Virus record (IMG/VR): IMGVR_UViG_3300032516_000001
Location: 124,001-188,000 of that record
DNA length: 64,000 bases
Direction: 5' to 3' (one strand)
The position numbers and the translations under genes are program-made. Under the pieces are notes generated by a model, which made no database searches, was not told the DNA's origin, and worked only from the letters and a program-made list of their open reading frames with translations. Each line of letters starts with the position of its first letter. Within the stretch, counting starts at the first letter, position 1. This document shows, one piece after another, positions 18,219 through 27,943 of the stretch.

Positions 18219-21200
18219 TTATATACGGATCCTTATCTGACTTGTATGAACCACGTACTCTAGGGGAAACACCGGGACATAGATGCACTCAGTTCTCATG
18301 ATCGTCGGATCATCTTCATCAACCGATGCCTTGATGCCGGCGACCTTGGCAACAATCTGCTGTTGAATCAGATTTTGGAACATGCCCAACAAGGCGGTTT
18401 CTGAAGACTTCAGAAGTTGTGGCGTGAACTTCTGCCCGATCATCGGATCGAGGACTTTACGGACCGTCTGTTGAACGAGTTGAATGGTCAAAATGACTGA
18501 CGGAGTCCGGGTGATGACCGAACTCATATTAGTCGTAAGACCATGCCGTACTCGCATCACAGTATCGACTTGCTCGATAACAGTGACACCACTAACAGCA
18601 GTCTGATTTGCTTCAGTCGGGTCAAGAACGCGTCCAAGTTTCTTGAACCCCAAGACTTGGCGACGAGTCAGTGGAACCGCCACGTCCGAAGCCGGATTTG
18701 TCAATATACCAGAAAGAGCTGCCGCCATGTAGGAGGCGTCAACCAACTGGTCAAAGACGTTGCCAAGATCGTCCTGGACGCTCATGACGTATCTATCAGG
18801 ATACGTGACGATCATCATCTCAGACTGGAGTGCAGTTGCGACGGTTCGCGCACCAGTCGGAGTTGTTCCGGCCGCTGTTCCAACGATTCCGATCCGCTCA
18901 CCTTGCTGCCGTGGTGCGCTCATGAAAACGCAATGCTGGTTCAGGTAAGCGAATATGTTTGGATCCGTTCCCAGTGGAACAATAATGTCGGGCTTGACAC
19001 TACCCTCAATCGGTCTCCTCTGTTCATCGATAGCCGCAGTGAACGACCCTACTGCAGCCTGACCGGAACCGGGGGCCTTCAGAACTTGTTTCATTCCAAG
19101 AAGCACTGCACCATTCAGCAAAGCCAAACGGGCTGCGAGCGCGAGCGGGAATTCAGGAGTTGGAGGACCGAAATTCTGCTGAATCTTCTTGAGATCCTGG
19201 AACAGTCCAGTGTCGAGATCCGTCTTTTGGTACTGGTAGCTGATATAATAAACGTCGCCAATTGCTGGTTCAGATCCACCCTTGTTAAAGGTCTGTACTA
19301 AAGCAGTCGAATCGACGTTGATATTCAATGTATTGAATACCGTCAATTCCAGACCTGGGATGCTCTTGGATGGGATCGCAGCGTCAGCCGTCCAAATTGA
19401 ACCCACAATTAACGTAAATTTCCCGGCGGTCGAATAGGTCCCGGCCGAAGCAGGAAGGATCGTGAATCGTAGACCAGTTACTGCATCTGTATAGGTCTGT
19501 CCAGGAACCCCGGTGCCAGATGACCCATTCGGATTGGACGATATGACCGTATACCCAGCCGTAGCAGCTTCACCAGAATCTCCGCTGGTGCCCACCACGA
19601 TTCCAAGACCAGTCTCTGGAATAAACGCAGTGTTAACAACAGCGGTGAATGCTATCGTCGAAGTCGTGCCAGTAGTTAACGAGCACATCTTGACGAATGA
19701 GCCGAGACCAGATACGAGAGCTGGCCAAGCAGCTGCTGCTGCTTTGAAGTTGGTGTCATTATTCAATGCACCGGCAACTGCATCAGCAGTCGGCTGCCAA
19801 CGTCCTACTGAATCACCAGAAGTGAATCCAAGAACGTCGAGAGCCGTGCTAGTGTTATTAATACCGACTAGCGAAGACACCGTATTGGTTCTCGATGTCA
19901 ACACCAATTTATTGATATTGAGACCGAGTCCAGTATGGGCTACGAGCTGCGAAATCGTCAATACTGATGTATTGACAGCATCCGCGATTAGATGGAATGC
20001 CAGACCTGCAATGTGCGCAGTGTACTTATCACGGATTTCAATCGCTAAAACGATAGCTGATTGAAGATCAGTAGCATCAGCTGCCGTTACGATATTTACC
20101 GTGTCAGGTCCAGTGGCAAAGGTGCTATGCCATGCACCACCAGTATTTGAAATGTGTCTATTGTACTTTGTTTTAATATCATTAACTAAAGTGATTAATG
20201 CAGGCAAAGCAGCTGCAGCTGCGGCTGTAACGTCATTGACGTTATCAAGTACGCCGTGGAATACCCCACCAACGCTCGAGTGGTGACCGGCACCAATAGT
20301 GCCATACTTGGTTCTGAGATCATTGGCCAACGCTATCGCATCAGCTAATAATGTCGCTGAATCAGCTGCCGGGCCATTATTGGCGTACGCAGCCTGGACA
20401 TAATCGGCGACTTGGTTCAATGTGATGGCGGGGCCAGCCGGAAGATACAGGCTGTAGTCTGTTCCATCGATATTGATACTGAAGAAATCGGTTACGCCAG
20501 CTTGGATGACGAATGGACCATCCTTAGTACCGACCAACGCCGCTGGATGATTCAGTGCGCTATACTGACCATAGGCAACTTGATTGGGCTGCAAACCAAC
20601 CTTAGCCGCAGCATTAGTCTGTCCAACCGTAGTGGGGGTTAGTACCTTTACATTCGAAGAATAACCATTGGTGGCGGTCTCCGTGTTACGACCAACGATC
20701 TTCAGGATTTCCTGAGTTCCGTAGGTCACAACAGTCGCCGGTACATAGCCACCAATCGGGTTGAATGCCGCAGTACCGTCTGGATGGACTTGGACATCCG
20801 CCCCTACTACAGCATTGATTGCAGCCGCCACTAAAGTCAAGGTGACAATACCCGTCATGGCGATCGGGGCCAGAATGACATCGTCGATTTGAAGGACTAG
20901 ATAGTCCGTCGTGGCGAAGGCCGTTGTTGGACTAACCGGCTGTCCAAGAAGATTGGCCGGGAATCCAGTGGTCATGTTCACCGAGAATGCCGCAGCACCA
21001 TCAACCTTCACACCACCAAACGAACGTGAAGCGGTGTAAAGATCGTATGGCTCAGCTCCCGGAGTCGTGAAACAGGCATGAGTCGCCGGAAGTAACGCCG
21101 AACTAAATTCGATTGTTACAGTTTCGGAAACGGGTGTGCCGCCATAATGGATGGCATCAGGAACAGTCTCTACGCCGGATGGCCACTGCACGATCTGCGG

Positions 21201-22922
21201 AAGAGCCGATTTCGTACCGAATCTAGTCTGGAACAACGGAGCATTGTTGTTCAACTCCGACGTAACGGTGAATTTCCCGATCCCGCTTGGGCCGGGGGTT
21301 ATCACCTTTAGTGTATAGGTATCGTCAACCAATCGGCTATACCAGAAAGTAGCATAGACCTTGGAATCAGCTGTCACCGCATTCTTGAGAGTAATAGTGT
21401 TAGTTGACGAGTCTACTCCCAATACTGCCACAGCAGGCCGTGAATAGGCATCTCGAAAACTGGTACCGACATAGACCGTCACAAGATCCGGCCGATTGGT
21501 CGGAAGATCAATACGGCTGTTGGTGACAGTCTGATAAAGTGACAATCCAAGTGGGGTGTCACGACCATTTCCGGTAGTCGGAGTTAATGGGAGAGTGAAT
21601 TTGGTAGCTGAAGCCGTGTTAGTTATCGGGTCAGTATAACGGGTAGCTTCGACACCGAAAATACGGTCATCAACTAACAGTCCGTAAATTTGTACTGAAT
21701 CGAATGAGACGGTTCCGGTTACCAGACCAGAACTGATCTGGAATGCCGACCCCCAATAGATCTTGGATTGATCACCTTCATTCACGACTGTGAAATCGGG
21801 ACCATTGAGATAATCCCTCCGACCTGGGGCTATACCAACATTCCCCATCGTGATTATGTTGCTATTGGGCAGATAGTCGAAGGTATCTTGCCAAGTATTG
21901 AAATAATATTGGATTGTTATCGTTGCCGTCTCAGCAGGAGCCGATGCTAAAGTAACAGTGCTATTGGCACCATCGACCCCTGATGGGATTACTTGAATCC
22001 CATTAACTAGAACGGTGACCTTTGATGTATCGGTGGTAGTAATTCCACCACCGGATCCATCAACGATAGGTCCATTAAATACGCGGAATGCCCGATTGCG
22101 ATTGGTGTAGTCACCAGGATTGAATCCAAATGCCCCATTGGCATTACCAGATCCAATGAGAATATTTCCATAAGCCATAAGCTGGATGTGATACAGACCC
22201 TGATTGTCAGTATCGACTGCAGCTGTAAGCCCGGCGATGGCCGCTAGATTCACATCATTTGCAATATCAGTAGCCGAACGTGTGCCAGAAGTTAATGTGA
22301 TCGCTACCGGCGCAGTCGAATCATCCAAGTAAACCTGGAGCGTATCACTAGTTCCAGTAACGATTGTATAGGTTTCGGCCTTCGGAGAAATCAGTATTGC
22401 CCGACCAACAGTAATCTGACTAGAAACATTATCCGTGACACGGGTGTCACCACGATGGAAAAAGTAATTAACCGATATCGCATCAGTTGGACTTGGAGGA
22501 ACAAGAAGAGTGATCAGACCATTTGCCCCGTCGACAGCCGCCACGACAACTGGTTCACCATTGACAGTGACAGATACCCTATTCGTTTCATACGTGGTTT
22601 TGCCAATCCCAGTTCCATCCACGATAGGATAATTACGAACCCTTAACTGGAACCGATTCCCATCCTGGAGTCCAATAGTAGGATTGGAGGCTGTGCCACC
22701 AGTGACCCAACGACCAGTTGGATCCTCACCAAATATGGGTGTATCGGCTACGCTGCTCGACCCACGAATCATCTCATAATCGGATTGAGTCAAACTTTCC
22801 TGACCCACCCCAATCAACAGTGGGACCCTGAGACCGTTCAGTAATTGGCCGACAACCGGCTCAATAACAGAGCGAGTGTAAACACCAGGAGGAGCATATG
22901 TAGTGAATGGTCCAATACCCAT
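18219..22922 (-). CDS. Contractile tail sheath protein with large insertion domains
   Basis: N-terminal YAPPGVY; C-terminal sheath signature (VTVIEQ..RVRHGLTT..IQLVQQTVR..IG.K..DPT....YVPVFPLEY); 1567 aa. Confidence 0.92.
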   Translation of the reverse strand: MGIGPFTTYAPPGVYTRSVIEPVVGQLLNGLRVPLLIGVGQESLTQSDYEMIRGSSSVADTPIFGEDPTGRWVTGGTASNPTIGLQDGNRFQLRVRNYPIVDGTGIGKTTYETNRVSVTVNGEPVVVAAVDGANGLITLLVPPSPTDAISVNYFFHRGDTRVTDNVSSQITVGRAILISPKAETYTIVTGTSDTLQVYLDDSTAPVAITLTSGTRSATDIANDVNLAAIAGLTAAVDTDNQGLYHIQLMAYGNILIGSGNANGAFGFNPGDYTNRNRAFRVFNGPIVDGSGGGITTTDTSKVTVLVNGIQVIPSGVDGANSTVTLASAPAETATITIQYYFNTWQDTFDYLPNSNIITMGNVGIAPGRRDYLNGPDFTVVNEGDQSKIYWGSAFQISSGLVTGTVSFDSVQIYGLLVDDRIFGVEATRYTDPITNTASATKFTLPLTPTTGNGRDTPLGLSLYQTVTNSRIDLPTNRPDLVTVYVGTSFRDAYSRPAVAVLGVDSSTNTITLKNAVTADSKVYATFWYSRLVDDTYTLKVITPGPSGIGKFTVTSELNNNAPLFQTRFGTKSALPQIVQWPSGVETVPDAIHYGGTPVSETVTIEFSSALLPATHACFTTPGAEPYDLYTASRSFGGVKVDGAAAFSVNMTTGFPANLLGQPVSPTTAFATTDYLVLQIDDVILAPIAMTGIVTLTLVAAAINAVVGADVQVHPDGTAAFNPIGGYVPATVVTYGTQEILKIVGRNTETATNGYSSNVKVLTPTTVGQTNAAAKVGLQPNQVAYGQYSALNHPAALVGTKDGPFVIQAGVTDFFSINIDGTDYSLYLPAGPAITLNQVADYVQAAYANNGPAADSATLLADAIALANDLRTKYGTIGAGHHSSVGGVFHGVLDNVNDVTAAAAAALPALITLVNDIKTKYNRHISNTGGAWHSTFATGPDTVNIVTAADATDLQSAIVLAIEIRDKYTAHIAGLAFHLIADAVNTSVLTISQLVAHTGLGLNINKLVLTSRTNTVSSLVGINNTSTALDVLGFTSGDSVGRWQPTADAVAGALNNDTNFKAAAAAWPALVSGLGSFVKMCSLTTGTTSTIAFTAVVNTAFIPETGLGIVVGTSGDSGEAATAGYTVISSNPNGSSGTGVPGQTYTDAVTGLRFTILPASAGTYSTAGKFTLIVGSIWTADAAIPSKSIPGLELTVFNTLNINVDSTALVQTFNKGGSEPAIGDVYYISYQYQKTDLDTGLFQDLKKIQQNFGPPTPEFPLALAARLALLNGAVLLGMKQVLKAPGSGQAAVGSFTAAIDEQRRPIEGSVKPDIIVPLGTDPNIFAYLNQHCVFMSAPRQQGERIGIVGTAAGTTPTGARTVATALQSEMMIVTYPDRYVMSVQDDLGNVFDQLVDASYMAAALSGILTNPASDVAVPLTRRQVLGFKKLGRVLDPTEANQTAVSGVTVIEQVDTVMRVRHGLTTNMSSVITRTPSVILTIQLVQQTVRKVLDPMIGQKFTPQLLKSSETALLGMFQNLIQQQIVAKVAGIKASVDEDDPTIMRTECIYVPVFPLEYVVHTSQIRIRI

Positions 22923-22992
22923 TTTAGTTTCCTACCGTTCGAGCAGATTGAGTGTGAGTATCTGGTCTACGTATAAAGGAGCACAAAACAAG

Positions 22993-23047
22993 TCTATGTA
23001 TTTGTATGGGTCTTCCATGCTCGATTTCGAATAAGCATGGACATAGA
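22993..23047 (-). terminator. Possible hairpin/attenuator upstream of the sheath gene
   Basis: CCATGCT/AGCATGG stem plus an outer TCTATGT/ACATAGA stem, followed by TTGTTTTGT on the minus strand. Confidence 0.35.
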
Positions 23048-23064
23048 GAGTTTATCGTATACTA

Positions 23065-24396
23065 TTATTCTTGTGCGGCTTTATCTTTGATCCGCTTAAA
23101 AGTTGTAAGAGCTTTCTCTCTAATTTGCATAGTATTATTATCTGCTGGAACGGGTTTTCCCGTACTAGGATCTATTGACAATGCATGAGTTCCGGCCTGC
23201 CTGCGTATTTTAGCCCTTTCTACTCTATCCGCATCATATGCTTCCCATTTTCGATTGGCAGAACGACCAACAGCAATATCTAATGAAGGATTATCGTGTG
23301 AACCAGTACTCCTTCTAGGAATTGGACCAGATTCACCCATATTGTTAAATTTGAAATTTGTGGCAGAAGGTATCCTAGGTACCAACTTCCCACATTTTTT
23401 ACACGGATGTTTTTCGGAATATTGCTTTATATCATCTGATGAGAGCAACAACTCTTCAAACACTATACGACAGTCATTACATTGATATTCAATGATCGGC
23501 AAGGCCACTTCTCCTAATATACTATACTGATGATTTTTGAAGTTTTTTCTATGCCAATACTTCGACATATTCCGCGCATTCGTACAAATTTTGCACTCGA
23601 GAGAATCATTTCTACCTTTATGTTTATGGCGATAACAATCTGCAATGGGGATCAATCCGTGTTTTTTACATAATTTGTGTGTTTCAGTATAAGAAATAGA
23701 TTTGCTTCGGTAATTCGGATCCTGCCACAATATCTTTGCTGCAATAGAATTACTTATTCGTACTTTCTCACGATATTCCGGATTCTGCCACATCTTCAAA
23801 GTCGCATTGTGCATTTTCTCCTTGATTTCGGGTCGAGCAAAAGTTATCTTCTTGGTAGCTGTTGATTTAGCTATGGATTCCGGACTTGGGGGTTTTCCCA
23901 AACGTGCTTTAGCAATAACAACAGACATCTTTTCCCGGTATTCAGGATCTTGCCATAGTTTTTTCATTTCAGCAGATTTTTGTTCTGATGACATAAATAA
24001 ATAGTCTTTAAAATTGTCTAAGGATCGAGGCAGTGCCTTTTCACGATATTCCGGATTATTCCAGGGATTTTTATTTATATGTGGTTTGTGTTCACCACCC
24101 TTAGCCAAATTAAACCCGAACTGCGGATCTCTTGTATTGAAATGATTGATCCACTTCTCTTCAGCTAAATCGGCTGCTTCTAACGTATCGCAAATTTCTA
24201 GAATTCCATGAGTGAATGCGTCTTTCCCATATTTACGAATAGCATTCCAAAAATGGGCACAACCTCTGCCCCGCTTGTGTTTTGCATTCGCTATATGCTG
24301 ATTCCAACGCTTCATCATCGTTAATTTGGTTAACCCGATGTAACGACGTTGTGAATCAATATGTGTATGCGAATAAATCGTCCAGTGAAGTCCCAT
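23065..24396 (-). CDS. GIY-YIG homing endonuclease fused in frame to an FmdB-like Zn-ribbon protein
   Basis: WTIYSH..RRYIGLT..RWNQH..E GIY-YIG pattern; NUMOD-like repeats (KLWQDPEYREK); C-terminal (M)PIIEYQCNDC..FEEL..CKKCG. Confidence 0.75.
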   Translation of the reverse strand: MGLHWTIYSHTHIDSQRRYIGLTKLTMMKRWNQHIANAKHKRGRGCAHFWNAIRKYGKDAFTHGILEICDTLEAADLAEEKWINHFNTRDPQFGFNLAKGGEHKPHINKNPWNNPEYREKALPRSLDNFKDYLFMSSEQKSAEMKKLWQDPEYREKMSVVIAKARLGKPPSPESIAKSTATKKITFARPEIKEKMHNATLKMWQNPEYREKVRISNSIAAKILWQDPNYRSKSISYTETHKLCKKHGLIPIADCYRHKHKGRNDSLECKICTNARNMSKYWHRKNFKNHQYSILGEVALPIIEYQCNDCRIVFEELLLSSDDIKQYSEKHPCKKCGKLVPRIPSATNFKFNNMGESGPIPRRSTGSHDNPSLDIAVGRSANRKWEAYDADRVERAKIRRQAGTHALSIDPSTGKPVPADNNTMQIREKALTTFKRIKDKAAQE

Positions 24397-24416
24397 AAGG
24401 AACTTTACCAGACGAT
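24377..24416 (-). promoter_or_regulatory. 18-bp hairpin containing the -10 box (TAAAGT) and the ATG of the GIY-YIG gene
   Basis: mRNA strand AUCGUCUGGUAAAGUUCC-UUAU-GGGACUUCACUGGACGAU pairs 17 of 18 positions (3 G-U). Confidence 0.75.
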
Positions 24417-24441
24417 CTATTCAACCGATATTCGTAAGCCG

Positions 24442-25653
24442 CTAAATCACTCTCTCGTAGCCAATGTCCTTTCCAATCACAATTGCCATTCCTGCAATTT
24501 GGGATGGGTCACTCATAACTTGTAATTGATCCCAAGTATATGAACCATCAAGGAACCCCTTTTGCTGTTCCTCAGTCTTAGATATAGGATCGACTTGTGT
24601 CGAAGTAATGGGTAATGGAATATAAATTTCCCAGTCCACTCTCATTGAAAGCGATATTGCTCCATCATAATAATATGCATCCAATGTTTCATTATATATT
24701 TCTTCGCTTTCTCCACCAGGCGCGACATCAATCAACTCGAGCCCTTCGAATCCCCAATAATTCTGTCGTTCCAATATTTTATTTACTACATAATCACTGA
24801 GTTTTTCACGATCTTCAGCATCTCTAGAAAATACTATCAAATCAAAGTGGACTTCGAATTTTCCACCATAAATATCCGCAACTTCGGTCCTGCTTTCGGT
24901 TACTACTATTTCGATTTCATCGCATTCCTGGATTCTATCCCCGAATGCGAGAACAGCGCCAGGAATTGCAGTTAGGTTAGTAGTTTCAGCTTTAAACTGA
25001 AATGGACCCTGATCTTCGATCTTATATCTGTAATCAGCATATATAACGGAATCAATTGGTGTAGGCTTTAGGAAGGTTATTCCTCCTGTACCATAATCAG
25101 CAGTATAATCAACACCATTCGATAGCGGATGCTTTCCATCTATCCACAATCTAATTGAACCCGGATAGATATTCTCTCTAGACAACTGCCCGGTTGGATC
25201 AGATGATGTAACGAATTGGATTACTGGTTCGTCTGTAACTGTTAGATTTGGCTCGAGTATGAATGTTCCAGGGATATTGTGTGGTTCATCAGGAAGAGAT
25301 GTGACTTTGAGTAAATAAACGCCGGGTGGACTAGGAAATATATTTCGAGTCGAAGATACCTTCTCTAGATATAACTGGTTCTCCTTAATCCATTCTAATG
25401 AAGTACCGAGATGATTTTTAGCTGGCAAGTGTACTACGAATGACTTTAATCTACCTATATAGTTATTTGCAGATAACCTAACTCTATCAGCTGAAGTTCC
25501 GTTTATGATAACCCCCCTTTGAGGTCTTTCCTCAAAAGAGAATTTATTCTTCACATTTTCAGAATCAGAACGATAGCGTGGATGCTCATAAAGTATTCTT
25601 TTGAGCTCCCATATTATTCTTTTCTTGGTAGCCGATGTAAGAGAATTTTTCAT
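24442..25653 (-). CDS. Probable tail-completion/neck structural protein
   Basis: 403 aa in the structural operon upstream of the sheath; contains an Ig-like beta insert (DYTADYGTGGITF..P..DSVIYADY). Confidence 0.5.
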   Translation of the reverse strand: MKNSLTSATKKRIIWELKRILYEHPRYRSDSENVKNKFSFEERPQRGVIINGTSADRVRLSANNYIGRLKSFVVHLPAKNHLGTSLEWIKENQLYLEKVSSTRNIFPSPPGVYLLKVTSLPDEPHNIPGTFILEPNLTVTDEPVIQFVTSSDPTGQLSRENIYPGSIRLWIDGKHPLSNGVDYTADYGTGGITFLKPTPIDSVIYADYRYKIEDQGPFQFKAETTNLTAIPGAVLAFGDRIQECDEIEIVVTESRTEVADIYGGKFEVHFDLIVFSRDAEDREKLSDYVVNKILERQNYWGFEGLELIDVAPGGESEEIYNETLDAYYYDGAISLSMRVDWEIYIPLPITSTQVDPISKTEEQQKGFLDGSYTWDQLQVMSDPSQIAGMAIVIGKDIGYERVI

Positions 25654-26012
25654 TTACCAGGGATAGCCCCAGCTTCTACTAAGCGTCTAGCTAGTTGAGC
25701 CTTGTTTCCAGTTACATCAAGCCCCGAATCCTGGGCTAATTTAATCAGCTCAGATTTCGTATATTGTTCAATAAATAAAGCGACAGCATCGGATTCAATC
25801 TCAGTTTCTCCATCTATAGATATAACCGGCACGTCAATCGCTGGCGGTGGAAACGGTGGAGGTGGCGGCATTACCGGCACTACCAAAGGAGGAGGCACTA
25901 CTGGAGGTTGTGGAGAAGGTAGTGTGGGAGACGCTGCTGGGATTTCAGCAAACTTCATTCCGTACGAATGCTCTAGCACATCGTTTTCGGTTAATAGAAC
26001 TTTCCGTTTCAT
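25650..26012 (-). CDS. Pro-rich protein with a C-terminal SAP-like DNA-binding motif
   Basis: Poly-Pro linker; YTKSELIKLAQDSGLDVTGNKAQLARRL fits the SAP pattern. Confidence 0.7.
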   Translation of the reverse strand: MKRKVLLTENDVLEHSYGMKFAEIPAASPTLPSPQPPVVPPPLVVPVMPPPPPFPPPAIDVPVISIDGETEIESDAVALFIEQYTKSELIKLAQDSGLDVTGNKAQLARRLVEAGAIPGK

Positions 26013-26038
26013 GTTTACACCATCCGATTAAAAGCTGG

Positions 26039-27049
26039 TTAGTCATTAGGCATTTGTGACAACAAAAGAAGGCCAGTGGCTACGGCTGTTATCGGATCTT
26101 TAGCAGGCCTAATATCCGATATTTGAATCGGGAATTTATCTTTATACACATTAAATCTAGATTCAAATTTATCTACGAAACCAGCGGCCAATGAAGTTCC
26201 GCCACTTATGATTATTGGTATGGATTGAGGAACATGGATGGTATCTTTAACTTTAGCAAAATGCTTGATTATATTTTCGATTGAATAATCAATCAGACCT
26301 TGAATAAAAACTGCCAATGCTTCGACTTCACGAGATTTAGGACTGTTTATATCGGCTCCACTTTCTTTGATAGCACACATTTTAGCGGCCGTGGTATTTA
26401 CAGCCTTGGCCGCATGAATATCTATCCAGTCCCCGCCTCTGGTCAAAGAGAATTCAAGCGCATTCATCGCATTATATGATAAACAAATGTTGGTCATACC
26501 GCTTCCGAATGATATCCCAATACCAGAAAAATCTGGTATGCATTCAGAGAATATGATAGCCTGTCCTTCATTGTGAGGAGACGCATCATATCCGTTCTCT
26601 GTAATAATTTTCTTTAAGATAGCAGTATGATATGCATTAGTGGAATCAGGAACATCAATAGCCGGGGCAGGAACAGAGAAACAGCATTTTTCATTCTCAA
26701 TCTGCGGCTTACCAAGAATTTGTTGTAATATTAGAGCTATTACTTGTTGAGCATCAATTTCCCCAGGAGATATCATGCCTTTAGACAAAGGACGACGAGC
26801 TTCTCTATTAAAAAGATTAGCCGTCTCCATCGCTTCATCACCAATAATCAGTAATCTGCCATCAAATTCTACATAACTCTTCTTAGACAGTCTTAAGAGT
26901 CGTTTGTTCTCGAGCGGAAGATCGATAAAAGCGTCCCTAATCCTAATAGTCTTTACATTACCCTTGCTAGTCTCACGGGCAGAAACTATGTTCATCGTGC
27001 CGAGATCCAGCCCAACACCAAAGGTGTCATTTTCCTCAATAGTCATCAT
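26039..27049 (-). CDS. Actin-like ATPase (MreB/ParM/FtsA superfamily)
   Basis: Phosphate-1 GLDLGTMNIV, phosphate-2 GISFGSGMTN, adenosine ISGGTSL, connect-2 PITAVATG; ATG at 27049 overlaps the HNH stop (ATGA). Confidence 0.85.
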   Translation of the reverse strand: MMTIEENDTFGVGLDLGTMNIVSARETSKGNVKTIRIRDAFIDLPLENKRLLRLSKKSYVEFDGRLLIIGDEAMETANLFNREARRPLSKGMISPGEIDAQQVIALILQQILGKPQIENEKCCFSVPAPAIDVPDSTNAYHTAILKKIITENGYDASPHNEGQAIIFSECIPDFSGIGISFGSGMTNICLSYNAMNALEFSLTRGGDWIDIHAAKAVNTTAAKMCAIKESGADINSPKSREVEALAVFIQGLIDYSIENIIKHFAKVKDTIHVPQSIPIIISGGTSLAAGFVDKFESRFNVYKDKFPIQISDIRPAKDPITAVATGLLLLSQMPND

Positions 27050-27942
27050 GCGGCCTTTCGACGTTCTACTGTGCGACTTACGTGACACCAACAGCATACG
27101 ACTTCGCATTTATTCAACTCCACCATAATTCTGGACAAACTAGCCTGACTACCAATTAGATTAGAAACATTATCAAGTTTTTCATCAATGTGATCCAGAT
27201 CCATTTGCCACGGATTGAACATGTTACCACAATCGATACATGGTTTACTTTTATACTGTCTTACTAAATCTAATCGTCTAGCTCGAAATCTAGCTAAACC
27301 AGCATAATGAATACATTTTTTACACCCCGGTTTATATACTGGTCTGTGCTCCTTACATGACGTTACATATTCAGATAGTCTATCATGTGATCTATTCCTA
27401 TGACATCCAACACAAACCAAATCACATTTTTCTAATTCATTTTTCAATTTTTCAAGACTAGCAGTTGGATGATTAACTAATCTATATATATCATATATCT
27501 TATCAGTACGATGATCAAATGTCATAGCTTCTTTCTGATATACATGACCACAATCAATACAAGGATTTGATTTTATTAAAGAAACATATGCACGTTTGGC
27601 TTCCCGACAAGAAGATCTTTTTATAGAAAGTTTTTCGGCATTGGTAGCTCTGTAATTAGAATTATATAAACTTCTACACCTCTTACACATTCCCTTATTG
27701 AATTCAGTAATGTGTTTTTCTTGATTACACAAACTACATTTCTTATGATTGATATCACACCCATGCTTTAATTCATGGATTTCTATTCGTTTTTGTTCCC
27801 TTAACCCTAAGATATCACGTGATTTCCAACTATTGCAATTACATCTATGACGTTTTAAAGTCGATAGTGAACTCGCAACATAACCGCATATACACATTAA
27901 ACCAATCATATTATTTATCCTTAATTTCTTATCTTGTATCAA
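27046..27942 (-). CDS. Double-HNH homing-endonuclease-like protein
   Basis: CIDCG..MTFDH..KCDLVCVGCHR and CIDCG..MDLDH..KCEVVCCWCH. Confidence 0.78.
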   Translation of the reverse strand: MIQDKKLRINNMIGLMCICGYVASSLSTLKRHRCNCNSWKSRDILGLREQKRIEIHELKHGCDINHKKCSLCNQEKHITEFNKGMCKRCRSLYNSNYRATNAEKLSIKRSSCREAKRAYVSLIKSNPCIDCGHVYQKEAMTFDHRTDKIYDIYRLVNHPTASLEKLKNELEKCDLVCVGCHRNRSHDRLSEYVTSCKEHRPVYKPGCKKCIHYAGLARFRARRLDLVRQYKSKPCIDCGNMFNPWQMDLDHIDEKLDNVSNLIGSQASLSRIMVELNKCEVVCCWCHVSRTVERRKAA

Positions 27943-27943
27943 A

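Noticed and set aside
22993-23047. Riboswitch-like leader of the sheath gene
   Set aside because: Only a 7-bp stem plus a bulged outer stem and a weak U-tract; not distinguishable from an ordinary terminator or chance.
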